A stretch of 64,000 nt of DNA from Eledone cirrhosa (taxonomy: Eukaryota), in NCBI GenBank assembly GCA_964016885.1, contig OZ024742.1, forward strand, positions 154,132,001 through 154,196,000, given 5' to 3'. Shown one piece after another: positions 58,876-64,000 of the stretch. The translations under genes were made by a program, and so were the position numbers. The notes under the pieces were generated by a model. It was not told where the DNA came from, did not search any database, and was given only the letters and a program-made list of their open reading frames with translations. The stretch's first letter is position 1. The number at the start of each line of letters is the position of its first letter.

Positions 58876-59450
58876 CTATTTAATTTTGCTTGTAATTTTT
58901 TTAATGTTTATTGCCTCTATGATTTGTCTCAATATTGCGTCTTTTTTGTGTGTAGATTCTATTTTTATTTCTATGTTCTCTAATTTCCCCTTATGTTCTA
59001 TTTTAGCATGTTGGTAGAGTACAGATGATTCTTTACTATTTTGAAGGTCTCGCCAGTGTTCATTTATCCGTTCCCCTACCCTACGAGCTGTCTCACCTAT
59101 GTACACTATATTTTTATCTCTACATTGTCCTTCGGTACATCTGATGCTATATACTACATTTCTAGTTTTACAGTTAATATGGGGGCTTAATTTACAGGTT
59201 ATACATTTCTTATCTATACAGGGGGGTCTTTGAAAAGGGTATGTCTTGCTAATAAGTGTTTTTATGGAGGTACCTGGTCTTTCTACTATGTTAATAATGA
59301 GTTTATGTTTATCTAGGGCCCTTCTAAATTTGTAAGCTAATTCACCTCTACGGGCTGTATCGATGAACATTACACTCTGGTATTTATTGCTATCATACCA
59401 TGAGTTTATTCTATTAGCCTTATTCCTAGTTCTTTCTATTCTATTCCAAA
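58876..59450 (-). pseudogene. PLE GIY-YIG endonuclease fragment with Cys-rich linker
   Basis: IVERPGTSIKTLISKTYPF..CIDKKCITC..CKTRNVVYSIRC..C..YIGETARRVGERINEH..RQIIEAINI. Confidence 0.88.
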
Positions 59451-59624
59451 AGTTGCTCCTGTACAAGGGTCAGGTCGTAAATAAACAAATAAATAAACGA
59501 ATATAAACACACACAGACACCCGGATGTGGCGCATGCGCAGACTGAGCACACAACACACACACAGAAACAAGATGGCGTAGGACAGAACAAAGGAGAGGC
59601 ACAAAAACAAAGAAAAGAAACCCC

Positions 59625-59667
59625 GTCACTGAAGAGGTCACATAATGTGTGACGAAAGAAATTTGAC
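59625..59667 (+). ncRNA. Minimal type I hammerhead (family D)
   Basis: GTCA-CTGAAGA-g-GTCACA-taatg-TGTGAC-GAAAGAAATT-TGAC; minus copy at 58592-58634 has G12A. Confidence 0.7.
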
Positions 59668-59796
59668 AATATATATAAACAACCATCTGGTTGTGGAACC
59701 AACCAACCAACCGGAAATTTATAAATTTATTATAACAAATTGAAGAGAAAGCAACTGGTGCGTGTGTTTCTTATTGGCAACATGACTCTCCCAAAG

Positions 59797-59840
<44 letters not shown>

Positions 59841-60018
59841 TAGATCTACCAATGAATGGTAGGGTTTAAACCGTATGAAGAACTCAATGTAATCCGTATG
59901 TAGAAGATGTCGTGAAGTAAAGTTTAAAATACAAAATTAATTGGATACAGAGTCAAAAATAGAAATATTAAAACAATGAAATTAAACAAAAAACGGTTAT
60001 TTCATAGTAAAACTGATT

Positions 60019-60147
60019 ATTTTACGATCGTTTCTGAGAGGTAGTTCCCCGTCTGTCCATTCAATTATTGATCTATGTAAAATATATTACAAAATATCAT
60101 ACTAAGAAAATATACATACGTCTTCACTAACCGCCGTCTTCAGAAAT
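60019..60147 (-). ncRNA. Type I hammerhead with ~100-nt stem II inside fold-back 59955-60310
   Basis: ATTT-CTGAAGA-CGGCGGttagt..actac(CCGCCG in the + arm)-GAAAC-GATC-GTA-AAAT. Confidence 0.6.
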
Positions 60148-60299
60148 CCGTATAAATACTTTCTTACTATGATATTTTGTAATATATTTTACATATATCA
60201 ATAATAGAATGGACATACGGGGAACTACCCGCCGGAAAAGATCGTAAAATAATGAGTTCTACTATGAATTATCCATTTTTTGTTTAATTTCATTGTTTT

Positions 60300-60678
<379 letters not shown>

Positions 60679-61334
60679 TGAAAATGTGTGTAATCCTTGG
60701 TACAGTTAGGTATATTAAGAGAGGGGGGAAGAAAAAAATGGCTTCACTTGTGCTTTCAACAAATTTATTTTCTTCACAAAATCCCAAAAGAATTGTTTCC
60801 CGGATTAGAAAAAATTTTCTTAAACATTTTTTTTTTATAAATTAAGTTGTTGGTTGTTGGTTAGGTCTTAGGAGTTCTTGGTTAACGTAGGAGGTATTGT
60901 TTCGTTTTTAGAAAGACCTTTCACGCTGAGGTGCCATTGTCAAACTGATGTGTATGTGGTGTGTTGTTCTATATATAGGGATTTAACATGTTTGTGGTGT
61001 GGTGGGGATTTTTTCTCGCCCTTTAATAAGTGTAGGGGTGTTGGTGTGTTGAAAAAATGTTAATAGCAGTAATGAGTTGAGACAGTGAGTAGGGTTGGGT
61101 GGGGAGAATTGTAGCAAGTGCGGCCTGCCCCGGTCATTCTCAAAAAAATTCCTTTATTCAGGGGAAAACGCTTTTAGTATTCCTTTGTATCGAAGATAGT
61201 CATAGGCAAACCGCACCTGCCAAGCTTGTAAACAATTATTTTTTTCTGAAGAATTTGTCTACGTCCATCCCAAAATTAGTCCTTTGTTCAACACACACAT
61301 ATATGTGCGTATATACGTACATACACACACGGGC

Positions 61335-61500
61335 ATATGTAGGAATATATAGGCACACACCATCAATCACATACCCATGTACATATACATCCACATACAT
61401 ACATAAAAACATATACAGACACATATAAAAATGTATGTATGTGGATGTATATGTACATGGCGTGTGATTGATGGTGTGTGCCTATATATTCCTACATATG
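61335..61500. repeat. Inverted repeat with ~65-bp arms
   Basis: atatgtaggaatatataggcacacaccatcaatcaca.. / ..tgtgattgatggtgtgtgcctatatattcctacatat. Confidence 0.8.
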
Positions 61501-61699
61501 TGTGTGCCTATATATTCCTAGGATATATCCTAAGGATAAACTGTTAGCAAATTCAAAAAATTGAGAATAGATCGCATATAAAAAATTGGACGTAAGGCAA
61601 ACACTTAACGAATATATATATATATATATATACTCTTTTACTCTTTTACATGTTCCAGCCAGACAGCTGAGGCCATGCTGAGCCATATATATATACTAT

Positions 61700-64000
61700 A
61701 ACGAAGGTGTGGTGAGGAATCAGATGGACCATAACACCAGCGTACTCAATACTTAGATTAGTAGAGTCGGTAATAGGAAAATGTTGAACCCCCACGGCAG
61801 AGCTCAAGCCGTTTAGACGGCTATTTCTGGACTAAATTAGAATTTTTAACGTGGTAAATAAATACCCGAATTTTCAATGAAAATTCCTTATATGGGAAGA
61901 TTTTAGTTGTCAAAAGGATTGGTCAACATTTCTTGCAAACACAATTAAATCTTTCATGGCAGTAGGTGGGAGGTGGGGTGGTTGAATGTGCCTGTAAAAC
62001 AATGAGGGAGTGGGTAGAGCCGGTCAAGCGTTGAAAATGAATTATATACAGCAAATTCTAAGGAGTGTGTATGGAATTAGACTAGTTAGGAAGCAGGCGA
62101 ATAAAGATTGTGGAGAAATTTGAGAAGGGACGTTATAGAATAGCTTAATAAATAGAGATTATAAGATAATAGTTAAATAAAAAAGTATATAAAAATAGTA
62201 AAATTTGATAGTAAAAAGTAATAAATAAAAAGTAATAAAAGCAGCTGCTATAATTAGTTGGTTTTGCGTTTTAGGACAATGCTATATATAATTTACTGAG
62301 GTGGGGGTACTGAGGCTACAAAAGCCCGATGGGCTGCCTCGGGGTAGGCAAAAGAGGAAAAAGGAAAAGGAAGATAAGGCGGAGTCGAAGGAAGTGATAG
62401 GAAGAGATAAAGGGAAGAAGAAAAGAAAAAGGAAATGAAAATAAGTGCATTTACCTATGTTAGCTGGGGTTTTCCTATCTTGTTCGGCAAGTGGAGAAAA
62501 GGAGTATGTTACAGCCATTGGTTACCCATCCGGGTCATGAGAGGGTTTGAGGGCGAAGTAAGTCCTACGCAATCGGTGTTTACATGCAGTTAGAAGTTTG
62601 TCATTCTTGTTTAGGAGTTGGTCCTTCGTAAACAGCATTTGTAAAGTTTCCTCCGAGCATAAGTTACAGGGACGGCGTCCTCCCGTGTAGGTGTTAGCCC
62701 TGGACAGTAAGCTCCAAGTAAGATTGTATGTTAGGTTATTAACTTGGAGGTCCCAGATGTGGCCCGAAAGTGTAGTGGCATGTTGCCGGGCGGGGTTTCG
62801 GAACATAAGTCAGTGTTGGTAGAGCCGGGTCTTAAAGTCACAAGCGGTAAATCCTATATAGGCTTTGTTGGAGGTTTGCGTCCTAACGTTGCATTGGTAG
62901 ATCACGTTACGTTCTTGGCAACTGTTGTTGAGTGGGCACGTAAATCTCTCAGGGCAGTTACACCTCCTGGTCGGCTCACCACTAATGTCTAGGATGATTC
63001 TTCCACAAGGGTTGAGTTTTTGTTGTTTGAGGAGGCGATGTTTTGTGCGAAGTTGGGTGTGGTGTTGTAGGAGAGCTTGATAGTGTTTTTCTTGATTAAG
63101 TCGTGGTAACGATGTTGCGGTGGGAAGTGCTTTTCGAGGAGCCTAAAGAAGATTTTCCGGATAGGTGTTGCTACCTCGGCATTGTGTAGAGGGTTGAACT
63201 ACGTTACGTGGCGTGAGTTGCGGCATCGCCTACTGGTTCCGCTAGGGGAAGCTGGATAAAAGGATATTTTCTTCCGAAAGCCGCTTCGCTTGAGGGCCTG
63301 GTTGTAATGATGTGTATGTTCATCGAATATCTGCTCATTAGCGGACAAACGAGATATGCGGAGGGAGATGTTTTTAACCAGGTTATTGGTGATGTTTTAG
63401 GATGGTTAGAGAGGTGGTGGATGTAGTGCAGTTTGTCGTATGGTATCCTGTATGGGTAGTACAGCTCATTTTCGAGGTTGATGGTAACATCCAGGAAATT
63501 GACTCGGGTTATGGGCGTTTGTAAAGTAATTTTAAATCAGCAGTCCGGAAGAAGTTCATTAGTTGTACTACTGGGCTTGTACCCTTTGAGGGTAAGGAGC
63601 CCATCGTCTCGGTATAATCCAGCGCCGAATGCAGGAAACGTTTCGGTGAGTTTATATAGTAGGAATAATCCTATAAGATCGGTCAACTCGGCCGAGTCGC
63701 ACGCGCCCATACTGACTTCGAAGGGGGAGTGGCGTACTCTCTTTATCGACTTGGAGTTGTCGAAAAGGAAGACTGTCTTCCTGGCGTGGAGAATGATGTT
63801 TCTTTCCAGGTCGGTGATGGGTGTGATTGTTTTGGCAAAGTCCAAAGCGGCCGTAAGGAGCGGTAGGGTAATGGAGGCGTAGTAACTCTCTATGTTGAAC
63901 TGGATGAATTTGGTGTCATGTTTGTCCTCAATATTACTGAACCATGAGATGACTTCCTGGGTGCTGATCCTAAGGCTAAGACTCGCGTTTTGTTTAACTT
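61700..64000 (-). mobile_element. Hydra-clade-like Penelope element (RT, thumb, EN and 3' pLTR), runs off the window end
   Basis: FEVSMGACDSAELTDLIGLFLL..GLYRDDGL; TTLSGHIWDL..CNLCSEE..LLNKNDKLLTACKHR; 3' end matches family G. Confidence 0.85.

Larger units (their letters stand above)
58380..59800 (-). mobile_element. 5'-truncated PLE: GIY-YIG fragment between inverted family D pLTRs
   Basis: pLTRs at 58380-58815 (-) and 59478-59800 (+), with (TA)n on both sides. Confidence 0.88.

Overview
AT-rich eukaryotic (animal) intergenic or intronic DNA. The SINE families and very long (TA)n/(CA)n tracts look cephalopod/octopus-like, which is an inference. No intact host gene is evident, and most ORFs in the supplied track are microsatellite artefacts (YI/CV/HT runs). 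The window is dominated by Penelope-like retroelements (PLEs): a nearly full-length RT+GIY-YIG copy with a tandem pseudo-LTR (44279-48723), a second decayed RT+GIY-YIG copy (48760-53200), a GIY-YIG fragment between inverted pLTRs (58380-59800), and three Hydra-clade-like fragments. It also holds RTE and L1/Tx1 LINE remnants and tRNA-like SINEs. The main signal is non-coding. By hand I find roughly 35-40 type I hammerhead ribozyme (HHR) motifs from about 16 sequence-unrelated families, almost all in short elements inserted into (TA)n tracts. These elements are fold-backs with invariant polarity: both arms read outward from the centre with their 3' ends at the microsatellite. Several families carry family-fixed core variants: the compensatory U3-A8 tertiary pair (UUGANAA), U4C (CCGANGA), and stem II expansions of about 45-105 nt. 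Some occur as tandem or circularly permuted units (420 and ~560 bp, plus a 603-bp tandem in which no hammerhead was found), resembling retrozyme-like mini-elements mobilised by the PLE enzymes.
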